64,000 bases of DNA from a virus. Shown here piece by piece: positions 46,900 to 56,441 of the stretch. Made by a program: the position numbers and the translations under genes. Each line of letters starts with the position of its first letter. Within the stretch, counting starts at the first letter, position 1. The notes under the pieces were generated by a model that ran no database searches, had not been told where the DNA came from, and worked only from the letters and a program-made list of their open reading frames with translations. The DNA is taken from IMG/VR virus record IMGVR_UViG_3300023440_000003, positions 1 to 64,000 of that record; one strand, written 5' to 3'.

Positions 46900-49800
46900 A
46901 TGTTCAAAGAAATGGTCAAGGAATTCATTCAATTTGTCAAGTCAGTATTTCCGATAGCCACACAGAATCGTGAGATTAAACTGGATAATGTCTATACAGA
47001 TGCTTCCAAAATACCCGATGTATCTGATTATCAAATCCAAAAAAGATACAGACTTGAAGGCCGAAGTTTAAGTGTACCGGTTTATGCAGATTTTACTCTG
47101 TATGAAAAAGGCAAAGTTGTTGCTAAAGCACAGAAGTTGCTAATCGCTCGCGTACCGTTAAAACTTCCTAGAGGAACTTATCTGTTTAAGGGTAATGAGT
47201 TCTTTGTTGCAAATCAGCTTCGTTTGAAGCCAGGAATTTATGTCAGAATTAGAGAAAACGGAGAAGTGGAGGCCCATTTCAATTTAGCTAAGTGGACTTT
47301 TAAAGCTTATTTTAATGGAAGTAAAGTTTATGCTAAGTTCACAAGAGGTCCTGCTATACCTTACTATACATTACTGAAGCTATTTGGTGCTTCTGAAGAT
47401 GAGATTAAAAATGCATTTGGCGAACTATATAATGAGAACATTTTATATGACGAAGATGCTATTCTTGGGTGGTATCGTGCATATTATGGAGAAGGTACTA
47501 AGGAAGAAGCTGTAAAAACATTCAAAAGTATATTATCCTCCGGTTACAGGTTTGATCCGGAAATTTCCAGGCATCTTTTAAATATAGAAGCATCAAACAT
47601 TAATAAAGATGTCCTGCTTGCAGCTTTAAAAAAACTTATCGCAGTACGGAGAGGTGAGAAAGAACCTGATGATAGAGATGCTTTGTTTTTTAAACAGCTA
47701 TTGGAAGAAAGCGATATATTAAGTGAACATTTTCATAATATGAAATCAAAAGTTATTTTTAAAATACGAAGAAATCTAGTATTAAAAGACAAAATAAGAG
47801 ATATTGTTCCTATAGCTGTATTTCAGAGTGTTGTAGACAATGTTTTTACTAAAGATCTTGTAAATCCTTTAAAGCAAACAAATCCAGTAACCATTGCAGA
47901 AAACAATTCCAGAGTAACTATTTTTGGAGAAGGAGGTATTAAGTCAGAATATGCAGTGCCTTATCAGGCTAGAGCACTTAATCCGTCGCATTTTGGTATT
48001 GTAGATCCAGTAAGGACTCCAGAATCTTCAAAGGTAGGGGCTGTATTATTTAGAACAATTGGAGCTGGTAAAGATCCGAAGACTGGTCTACCAGCAACTG
48101 AAGTTTTAGATGTGAAAACAGGAAAGCTTAAACGGATAACATCAACTGAATTTTTTAATTCAAGGGTTGCTTTTCCTGACCAAATTAAAGAAGTAAAAAA
48201 TGGTAAGGTAGTTTTTAAGAACAAGTCTCAGGTAAAAATACTATACCGTGGAAATATTGAAATAGTTCCTGCATCTAAAGTGGATTATGTTGTGCCTAAC
48301 TACATGAATGTTTTTACTGTTTCGACCCTATTTTTACCTTTTTTACAATCATTACACCCTAACCGTGCTTCTAAAGCAGCAAACACCATAACACAAGCAC
48401 TTCCATTAAAATACAGGGAACCTCCTTTGGTCCAAAGCGCAATATCAGAAAATTTATCTATGGTGGATATTGTAGGCAGGCAATATTCAGTGAGATCTCC
48501 TGTGGATGGAGAGATAAAATCGGTTAAGAATAATGTGATAGTCATCAAAGATAAAAAAGGAAAAGAGCATAAAATATCTTTAGCTGATTATCTTCCATTG
48601 AACCAAAATAGTTTCATCTCTATGGAAATTAAAGAAAATATAAAACCTGGCGTAAAGGTAAAAAAGGGAGATTTGCTGGCAGATACTAATTTTACAAAAG
48701 ATGGTCAGTTGGCGTTAGGAGTGAATGCTATTACTGCTTTAATGCCGTTCAAACATTTAAATTTTGAGGATGGTATTGTGGTATCAGAGTCTTTTGCTAA
48801 AAAGCTTACTTCTCAACGTTTATTTCACTTTCGTTATCCTTTAGGTTCTGATGTAAAAATTGACAAAGAACTTTATCGATCACTTTATCCTCATGAATTA
48901 CTTGAAGACAATTATAAAAAGTTGGATGAGGATGGAATAATAAAGAAAGGAGCAGTAGTTAAAGATGGTGATATATTAATAGCGGGCTTAGTAAAAAAGA
49001 AGGAAAGTAAAATAGACGAAATAATTGCTCGGTTAAACAGACGTTTAGTTCAACCCTGGGTAAAAAAGCCATTAATTTGGGATAAAGAGTTTGATGGCAT
49101 AGTAAAAGACGTAATTAAGACAAAACAGTTTATATCTATAACTGTTCTTACTGAAGAACCAGCAATAGTTGGAGACAAATTGACAAACTCTCATGGTTCA
49201 AAAGGAGTCATTGTGCACATAATTCCTGATGATCAAATGCCTAAACTTCCGGATGGTCGAACTGTAGAGGTAATCATAAATCCTGTCTCTATTCTTGGAA
49301 GAAATAATCCATCTCAGGTTTATGAAATGGTAGCTGGAAAAGTAGCTGAAAAACTAAAACAGCCTTTAAAAATTCCAGCATTTGGAGTAGATGACACTCA
49401 TAAGTTATTAAAAAATCTCACCAAACAATATGGGGTTTCGGATACTGAAACTTTAATTGATCCAGTTACCGGAAAGAAAATCCCCAATGTTATGGTTGGT
49501 CCTATGTACATTTATAAACTGGAACATCAAGTAGAAGAAAAAATGTCAGCCAGATACAAAGGAGCCTATGATCAGTGGGATATGACTCCAGCAAAAGGTG
49601 TTGATGAACCTGGACAGGCTGTAGGGCTTATGGAAATATATGCTTTATTGGCTCATGGTGCAGGAAATGTATTAAAAGAAATGGCTACATGGAAGTCAGA
49701 GCGTAATCCTTTATTCTGGGAGGCCATAGAAAATAACTTACCTCCTCCGCCCCCAAAGACTACATTTGTTACTAAAAAATTCGAGAACTTATTGAGAGCT

Positions 49801-52800
49801 GCTGGAATTGATGTAAAAAAAGAAGGGCATCTCGTAAGGATAATGCCACTTACTCAAAGCCAGGTTAAATCTCTCACACAAAATCGTTTCATAAAAAATG
49901 CCAAGATGGTAGTAGCTGGTACTTTAAAAGAAGAAAGTGGTGGTCTTTTTGATCCAGAACTAACTGGTGGTTTACGTGGAGATAAATGGGCTGCTATTAA
50001 GTTACCGGATAAGTTACCTTCACCTATCGTATTGCGTGTGTTTAGCTTATTATTGAATATGAAAGAAAAAGATATTAAAGATATAATTCTTGGTGTTAAA
50101 AAAATTCAGGGAATGTCTGGTTCTGAAGCTATTCTCAAACTGTTAAAGTCTAAATCTTTAGACGAATATTTGAAGCAAGCTCAGGATATGGCTGACGTAG
50201 CTAAGCGGTCTAATAATTTGAACGAGTTAAATAAAGCTAACTTGATTATACGTTTTATAAAATACATGAAGGAGAATAACATTAAATGGGAGGAATTCTT
50301 TCTCGATCGCTTGCCGGTACTCCCTCCTCAATTCCGTCCTGTGTATGTTGATAAACATAACAGGTTATTTCATTCAGATTTTAATCTTGTATACAGAGAT
50401 ATTAAATTACTGGCGGACCAGATCCAGAGAGCAAAGCAGGAAGGTTTACCTGAAGACGAGATTAACAAAATGAAGAAAGATTTATATGAATCTATTGAAA
50501 TTCTGTATGGTCTGGCGGATCCTTCTTCTAGATATTATGGTAAACGTAAACCCAGAGGAATACTTGACTACATTCATGGACCAAAACCTAAAGAAGGTTA
50601 CTACCAGCACAAAGTACTCCGTAAAACTCAGGATTTATCTGGACGCTCTGTTATTGTTCCTAATCCTGGCCTCCATCCAGATGAAATCGGTATCCCAGAG
50701 GAAATGGCGTGGAAGATATTTGAACCTTTTATTTTAGCTAAACTTAAATCAGAGTTTGCTATGTCTCCTGCTGAAGCAAGGATCGAACTGGCTAATCGAG
50801 GTGATAAGGCCAGAAAAGCTTTGGAATTGGTCGCCAGCGAACGGTTAGTTATTGTTAATCGCGCACCTTCACTTCATAAATACAATATGCTCGCTTTTAA
50901 ACCTAAAATTGTTCCAGGACATGCTATACATTTTCCAAACGTCGTAGTATCTATGCAAAGTGGTGATTACGATGGCAACTCGTTAGCTGGTGATGAATAT
51001 GTGATTTATTCGTTGAAAGATGAAATATATTTTCGTCCTATTAAAGACTTTCCTAGGGAAGATTCTCCGTACAAGATTAGTAAAAGAGGTGTTAAATATT
51101 TTAAAGTTCCACCAGGCATCAAGGTTCTTGCCTATGATTATAATACAAACACCTTGAAGTGGGATAAGGTCAGTAGTTTTAGTGAACATCCAGTTCAGAA
51201 AGTTTATAAAGTTAAGACTTATCATGGAGCTTCGGCTGTAGTTACTGGAGATCATTCTTTACTTGTTTTTGATCCAAGAGATTATACTTTCAAACGTATG
51301 TCTCCTTTGGAGATAATGCGTAATAAAAACAGGCGTTTTTTTGTGGTCAGACCTAAGAAAATTCGTCCTCTCGTAGAGGTTCCGCGTATAAAATTAGGCG
51401 ATTTGGAGTTAGATTTGGATTTTGAACTTGGTTATTTAATTGGATGTTATGTTGGGGATGGTTGGGTTGACAATCGGAATGGTTTTTACATTGCTAGTAT
51501 GGATAACGGAATTTACGGTAAGCTTAAAAGACTAATAAAGCGGAAATTTAATGTGGCTATGAAAGCTAGAAAAGCTGTAACCAAGATTTTTAAGGGTTAT
51601 GAAGCAACTTCTAGAAAGTTATACGCTAATTTACCTAAGGAATTCAGACGATTTTTAAAAGAAAATTGTGGAAGCAAAGCTAGTGATAAAAAATTACCTT
51701 CTCCTATTTACTTTTGTTCGCCTGTTATTTTCAGATTAGGATTATTATCTGGTTTACTTGATACGGATGGTACAGTGCATCAATCTTCTGAAGGTAGGTT
51801 CACTATCCTTTATAATACTATTTCTGAAGTTTTAGCAGATGAAGTTAGAATATTAGCTCTTAGTCTTGGTATCAGATCTACGATTAAAAAGGTTAAGAAT
51901 ACAGATGGTGTTGAGTATTTTCAGATTATATTTTCCTGCAAGGATTTAGCTGAAGCTGTTTTTGGAAAAGGTATACACCTTAGACTATATCATACAAAGA
52001 AAAAGAAGATTCTGAGTAAGCTTTTTGAAGTAAAGCGAGATAAACGTTTCAATGGCAGTTTGTTCAATATTGTTCCTATATCTGAAGAGTTAATATATCT
52101 TTTGAATTATTCATATCGAAAAGGTTCTAGATTTTCAGCTGATTTCATCTTAGATACTATTAAGCGTGAATACGTTCCGAAGGAAATGATATCTTCTATA
52201 TTACATAATGTTCATCCTAGACATGAACATTTAAAAAAACAGTTCGAGTTACTTAAAGCTTTTATAGAGACAGATGATGTATGGTTTGATTTTATTACAG
52301 AAGTCATTCCGCAGCAGGAAGTTCCTACCTATGATTTAACTACAGAATCTAAGACTTTTCTGTGTGGTATAGATTTCATAGTTTATGATACTACTGCAAT
52401 ACATGTTCCAGTAACTCAAGAAGCTCTGCAGGATGCAGTAAAGCTTTTACCTTCTCAGAATTGGCTTCATGAGGGGCGTCCTAAAGAAATATGGCTTACG
52501 CCAAAGATTGAAGCAATATGGGGGCTCTATAAAATAACCCGAGACGGAAAAGATAAAAGCAAACAGTTTAAATTCAATAATGTAGATGATGCATTACGTG
52601 CTTTTCACAGAGGTGATATTGACATTACGGATACTGTTGTGATTAATAATCAAAAAACTACTTTAGGTAGAGCCTTAGTTAACCGTATTTTACCTAAAGA
52701 TTTCAGAGATCCTAATATTAAACTAGACAAAACCACTATAAATAAATTGATGCGGAATATTTTTGAAAAATATGGCGGTAAAGAAGGTGCCAGGGTTGCA

Positions 52801-54432
52801 GGAGAATTGAATAAACTTGGAGGAGATTTTGCTTATCTTATCGGATTTAAATTGTCTTTAGATGATTTTAGTCCTAAATTTGAGGATTTATTGGACAAAG
52901 CGTTTGTAGAATCGCTTAAAACTAAAGATCCATCAAAAATTAACCGTAAGGCTATGGAGCTGCGTCAAAAAATAATGAAGTCTTTAATGAAGCAGGATGA
53001 TAACACTTTGGTACAATTAGTTAAATCCGGTACACGCGCTAAAAAAGATTCCTTAATGCAACTTTTAGCTTCGCCAGTACAGCTTGCTGATGTATATGAT
53101 CGTCCAATTCCTGTAATAGTTCCAAGAGGATATGCTAAAGGTATGGACACTATTGATTACTTATTTGCTTCTTATGGTGCTAGAAAAGGAGCGATAGAAA
53201 AAACAGTTAAAACAGGGGAACCTGGAGAGCTTTCAAAAGAACTTGTTGCTGCAGCGATAGATTATGTAATAACTATGGAAGATTGTGGAACTAGAAAAGG
53301 AATCGTTATGGATGTGGATAAGGCAGATGCTTTAAACAGAGCTTTAGCAGAAAATGTGGTTAAAAATGGTAAGATTATTGCAAAACGTAATGAGATAGTT
53401 GATGGTAAAGTATATGAAAAACTCAAAGAATCAGGAGTGAAACAGGTAAAGGTAAGATCACCTTTGACATGTGAAGCCCCTGATGGTATATGTGTGTTAT
53501 GTTATGGTGCTAAACCTGATGGCACAATGCCTCATATAGGAGAATACGTAGGAATTAAGAGTGCACAGTATTTAAGTGAACCTGTAACACAGATGACTAT
53601 ATCTTCTGTACATACTGGTGGACTTGTTAAAGATATGGGCACTTCTTTTCAGGATATTAGAGCCGTAATGGAAATGAGTAATGTGCCTGCTAGAGCCACG
53701 GTTGCTAAAGTTGCTGGCAAAGTAGAAAAAATTGTGAAACGGCCAGAAGGCGGATATGAAATAATAATAGATGGAAAATCTCATATCACTTCTCCATGGG
53801 TTGAACCTAAAGTTAAAGAAGGAGATGAAGTAGCCAAGGGTGATATTTTAACTACTGGTTTACCCCATCCAAAAGATATCTATGATGCCGCAGGCTTGGA
53901 AGCTGCACGTAATTTTGTAGTGAATTATCTTGATACTGCTTATCAACAAAATGGTATGAAGTTAGACAGGCGTCATTTTGAAATTATAGGCAAAGTTATG
54001 TTTGATACAGCTGTTGTTACTGATCCTGGTGACACGGATTTAGTTCCCGGAGATTACGTTAAAATTAATAAACTCAAAGCTTTAAACGCACAGATGCCTC
54101 CAGAAATAGACGTATCTTTAGAAGACGCAGCAGGTAGAATCTTGGCAACTCCTGTAGATAAATATCCTGCAGGTACTAAGTTAACTTCTGAGATAATAGA
54201 TGATTTAAGAAAGAAAAAAATAAAAACCGTAAAAGTTAGAAGCAAGCCAGCATCATTCAAACCCGTAGTTAAAGGTATAGAACAATTGCCATTGCTTCGT
54301 GATGATTGGCTTACAAGAATGGCTTATAGAGATATTAAAAATACTGCTATAGAAGGGGCTCTACGTTCATGGAGTTCTGACTTACAAGGCTACAGTCCGA
54401 TACCAAAATTAGTGTATGGAGAGACTCCATGA
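46900..54432 (+). CDS. rpoBC: fused beta-beta' DNA-directed RNA polymerase with intein
   Basis: beta: DPVRTPES, NFEDGIVVSE, GDKLTNSHGSKGV, YKLEHQV, GLMEIYAL; beta': LPVLPPQFRP, SGRSVIVP, NRAPSLHK, GDYDG, GARKG, RSPLTC, EPVTQMTISSVHTGG; one ORF; start 46900 or 46912. Confidence 0.93.
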   Translation: MFKEMVKEFIQFVKSVFPIATQNREIKLDNVYTDASKIPDVSDYQIQKRYRLEGRSLSVPVYADFTLYEKGKVVAKAQKLLIARVPLKLPRGTYLFKGNEFFVANQLRLKPGIYVRIRENGEVEAHFNLAKWTFKAYFNGSKVYAKFTRGPAIPYYTLLKLFGASEDEIKNAFGELYNENILYDEDAILGWYRAYYGEGTKEEAVKTFKSILSSGYRFDPEISRHLLNIEASNINKDVLLAALKKLIAVRRGEKEPDDRDALFFKQLLEESDILSEHFHNMKSKVIFKIRRNLVLKDKIRDIVPIAVFQSVVDNVFTKDLVNPLKQTNPVTIAENNSRVTIFGEGGIKSEYAVPYQARALNPSHFGIVDPVRTPESSKVGAVLFRTIGAGKDPKTGLPATEVLDVKTGKLKRITSTEFFNSRVAFPDQIKEVKNGKVVFKNKSQVKILYRGNIEIVPASKVDYVVPNYMNVFTVSTLFLPFLQSLHPNRASKAANTITQALPLKYREPPLVQSAISENLSMVDIVGRQYSVRSPVDGEIKSVKNNVIVIKDKKGKEHKISLADYLPLNQNSFISMEIKENIKPGVKVKKGDLLADTNFTKDGQLALGVNAITALMPFKHLNFEDGIVVSESFAKKLTSQRLFHFRYPLGSDVKIDKELYRSLYPHELLEDNYKKLDEDGIIKKGAVVKDGDILIAGLVKKKESKIDEIIARLNRRLVQPWVKKPLIWDKEFDGIVKDVIKTKQFISITVLTEEPAIVGDKLTNSHGSKGVIVHIIPDDQMPKLPDGRTVEVIINPVSILGRNNPSQVYEMVAGKVAEKLKQPLKIPAFGVDDTHKLLKNLTKQYGVSDTETLIDPVTGKKIPNVMVGPMYIYKLEHQVEEKMSARYKGAYDQWDMTPAKGVDEPGQAVGLMEIYALLAHGAGNVLKEMATWKSERNPLFWEAIENNLPPPPPKTTFVTKKFENLLRAAGIDVKKEGHLVRIMPLTQSQVKSLTQNRFIKNAKMVVAGTLKEESGGLFDPELTGGLRGDKWAAIKLPDKLPSPIVLRVFSLLLNMKEKDIKDIILGVKKIQGMSGSEAILKLLKSKSLDEYLKQAQDMADVAKRSNNLNELNKANLIIRFIKYMKENNIKWEEFFLDRLPVLPPQFRPVYVDKHNRLFHSDFNLVYRDIKLLADQIQRAKQEGLPEDEINKMKKDLYESIEILYGLADPSSRYYGKRKPRGILDYIHGPKPKEGYYQHKVLRKTQDLSGRSVIVPNPGLHPDEIGIPEEMAWKIFEPFILAKLKSEFAMSPAEARIELANRGDKARKALELVASERLVIVNRAPSLHKYNMLAFKPKIVPGHAIHFPNVVVSMQSGDYDGNSLAGDEYVIYSLKDEIYFRPIKDFPREDSPYKISKRGVKYFKVPPGIKVLAYDYNTNTLKWDKVSSFSEHPVQKVYKVKTYHGASAVVTGDHSLLVFDPRDYTFKRMSPLEIMRNKNRRFFVVRPKKIRPLVEVPRIKLGDLELDLDFELGYLIGCYVGDGWVDNRNGFYIASMDNGIYGKLKRLIKRKFNVAMKARKAVTKIFKGYEATSRKLYANLPKEFRRFLKENCGSKASDKKLPSPIYFCSPVIFRLGLLSGLLDTDGTVHQSSEGRFTILYNTISEVLADEVRILALSLGIRSTIKKVKNTDGVEYFQIIFSCKDLAEAVFGKGIHLRLYHTKKKKILSKLFEVKRDKRFNGSLFNIVPISEELIYLLNYSYRKGSRFSADFILDTIKREYVPKEMISSILHNVHPRHEHLKKQFELLKAFIETDDVWFDFITEVIPQQEVPTYDLTTESKTFLCGIDFIVYDTTAIHVPVTQEALQDAVKLLPSQNWLHEGRPKEIWLTPKIEAIWGLYKITRDGKDKSKQFKFNNVDDALRAFHRGDIDITDTVVINNQKTTLGRALVNRILPKDFRDPNIKLDKTTINKLMRNIFEKYGGKEGARVAGELNKLGGDFAYLIGFKLSLDDFSPKFEDLLDKAFVESLKTKDPSKINRKAMELRQKIMKSLMKQDDNTLVQLVKSGTRAKKDSLMQLLASPVQLADVYDRPIPVIVPRGYAKGMDTIDYLFASYGARKGAIEKTVKTGEPGELSKELVAAAIDYVITMEDCGTRKGIVMDVDKADALNRALAENVVKNGKIIAKRNEIVDGKVYEKLKESGVKQVKVRSPLTCEAPDGICVLCYGAKPDGTMPHIGEYVGIKSAQYLSEPVTQMTISSVHTGGLVKDMGTSFQDIRAVMEMSNVPARATVAKVAGKVEKIVKRPEGGYEIIIDGKSHITSPWVEPKVKEGDEVAKGDILTTGLPHPKDIYDAAGLEAARNFVVNYLDTAYQQNGMKLDRRHFEIIGKVMFDTAVVTDPGDTDLVPGDYVKINKLKALNAQMPPEIDVSLEDAAGRILATPVDKYPAGTKLTSEIIDDLRKKKIKTVKVRSKPASFKPVVKGIEQLPLLRDDWLTRMAYRDIKNTAIEGALRSWSSDLQGYSPIPKLVYGETP
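50980..52389 (+). mobile_element. LAGLIDADG intein inside the RNAP catalytic motif, Ser start and Asp end (470 aa)
   Basis: DYDGN|SLAGDEYV; block B TGDH; LIGCYVGDG and LSGLLDTDG; block F TYDLTT; IVYD|TTAIHVP. Confidence 0.88.
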
Positions 54433-55478
54433 AGATAAGGGTTGCAGAGATTATCTTAGTAGATACACGCAAGGGTAAATTAAAGGTAAAGTGTCTTGAT
54501 AACGAAGAGTTATTCACCATCACCAGAATGGCTGTGATACTTGGATCTTCTAATTATTATTCTGGTTTTTTTAAATATCCAGAGAAGGGCGATAGAGTGC
54601 TGTTATTAGAACAGGAAAATGATCCTGATCCTGTTATCTTACCAATATTTGTACCTGAATCTAGGATAATGTTCGAAGATGAAGATAATGAATTTTATCT
54701 TGTGGAATTGCTTCATTTAATAAACAATCTGGATGCTCAGCCAGGAGATTATGTGATTTATGGAAAAAATGATAATTATGTAATAGTTCGGGCGAACGGT
54801 AATATTATCTTTAAGACTGGCTTTACTAAAGTATTAATGTCCGCTTCCATTAATATAGGAGGTTTTTATACTGATGCTATGAATTTTATATTTAGAAGCC
54901 ATTTAGGTTTATTTGCGTTGAAATTACTTTATAATAGAAACGTTGGACCTTCAGCTATTTTTGAAATCAATCAGCCTCCCAATTTATCTGGCGATTCTCC
55001 ACTTGTTGCATTTAAGGCTGGCAATACTATAAAGAACTTTTTAAGCTTTGAACTTGATAGAAATGACGGAAGTATTAGGTTGTATTCTGATAGTTTTACT
55101 ATTAAAATAGATTCTGATGGTAATCTAGAATATGAAACTGAAGGGAATAATAAAGTGATTATTCGTCAGAATCTAGATCATACTATTGAAGGCAAAGCCG
55201 ATTTAAGAGTTAAACAAGATATATCTACTCAGGTATCTGGAAATGCATCTATTCAAACGTCAGGAGACATGAATATTAAAAGTAAGGAACTGGTTATACA
55301 AGTTACAGGTGATGCTGTGATCAAAGCCACCAATGCTATAGTGGATGCAACTACTGTTACCCTAGGGAAATCGCCTCAATCGCCTATAGTTACGGGATTT
55401 CCTGATGGAACTATGCCAGTGTGTTATGTTACCGGAGCTCCAATACAGGGAAGTACTACATGTAAGGCAGGAAAATGA
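54429..55478 (+). CDS. baseplate central spike (gpV/gp5-like)
   Basis: N-terminal OB-like region with PEKGDRVLL, repetitive beta-strand C-terminal half, C-terminal CYVTGAPIQGS; overlaps the RNAP stop. Confidence 0.65.
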   Translation: MKIRVAEIILVDTRKGKLKVKCLDNEELFTITRMAVILGSSNYYSGFFKYPEKGDRVLLLEQENDPDPVILPIFVPESRIMFEDEDNEFYLVELLHLINNLDAQPGDYVIYGKNDNYVIVRANGNIIFKTGFTKVLMSASINIGGFYTDAMNFIFRSHLGLFALKLLYNRNVGPSAIFEINQPPNLSGDSPLVAFKAGNTIKNFLSFELDRNDGSIRLYSDSFTIKIDSDGNLEYETEGNNKVIIRQNLDHTIEGKADLRVKQDISTQVSGNASIQTSGDMNIKSKELVIQVTGDAVIKATNAIVDATTVTLGKSPQSPIVTGFPDGTMPVCYVTGAPIQGSTTCKAGK

Positions 55479-56086
55479 ATTTAATGAATTTAATGGCACA
55501 AGAACTGGGTTGGGTAAATGCTCAGCAGGCAGTTCTGCGATACTCTTTTATAGATTCTTTTGTCAATCCTGGGGATATAGTAATAGATATTGGTGCTGGG
55601 TATGGATTTCTAGGAGATTATATAATTAAAGTGTCTGGAAAGAGCATTACTTACATTCCAGTAGAACCTCATGATGATTTTTATTCACGTCTTGTTGAAA
55701 AATATCCTCATGCTATTAAAAAAAGTTTATTTCACATAGCTTCTCCTTCTAATATTTTTGGTGATATACTTCCCGCTGATGTAGTTGTAGCTTCAGGAGT
55801 AATAGCGGAATTATCTATAGATCGTACTATTAAATTGCCAGTAGATCAGAAAGAAAAATTGTTTATAAAATTACTACTTAGTATTCCTAGCAAAACCTAC
55901 ATCTTTGATATATGGGACAAACATTTCTTTAGGCGTAGGGGTGGAGATACTCAGGTTAGAGTATCGGATCCAGGATTAATACTAAATTACGTCGAAGAAA
56001 ATTTAAATAAGGAAGATAAGGTTTTTTATTTAAGACCCATAAAAGATGACTATGAAGCTTCATTCTTTGTGATAACAAAAAAGTAA
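55475..56086 (+). CDS. class I SAM-dependent methyltransferase
   Basis: VIDIGAGYG motif I; DVVVASGV. Confidence 0.75.
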   Translation: MNLMNLMAQELGWVNAQQAVLRYSFIDSFVNPGDIVIDIGAGYGFLGDYIIKVSGKSITYIPVEPHDDFYSRLVEKYPHAIKKSLFHIASPSNIFGDILPADVVVASGVIAELSIDRTIKLPVDQKEKLFIKLLLSIPSKTYIFDIWDKHFFRRRGGDTQVRVSDPGLILNYVEENLNKEDKVFYLRPIKDDYEASFFVITKK

Positions 56087-56099
56087 AAGGAGGAATTTT

Positions 56100-56441
56100 A
56101 TGAAGAATTTGATTGTCCAGTATTTTACTTTAGTTCAAAAACAAGTTCCCCAAGCTCAGATGGAAGCATTCGCCAAAAAATCAGGATTAAACACTCAAAA
56201 TATATCTCAAATTGCTAAGATAGTGGTTGCAATAAACAGTGCGTTCAATACAGCAATCCTTGCCACGCAGGATACTCCCGAAGTATTTCCTAAAGTGTTC
56301 GCTAATGTTGTAGATAATAACATGAAAGAATTAGGTCTAGATTTAAATTCTTTACCTAAAGATCTAGTTTTTGGGGTAATAGAGGCTATCTTGGCAATAA
56401 GTTCTCAAATTTTGAATGAAGTGTCCGAGAATCAACCCTGA
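56100..56441 (+). CDS. hypothetical helical protein
   Basis: SD AGGAGG. Confidence 0.6.
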   Translation: MKNLIVQYFTLVQKQVPQAQMEAFAKKSGLNTQNISQIAKIVVAINSAFNTAILATQDTPEVFPKVFANVVDNNMKELGLDLNSLPKDLVFGVIEAILAISSQILNEVSENQP

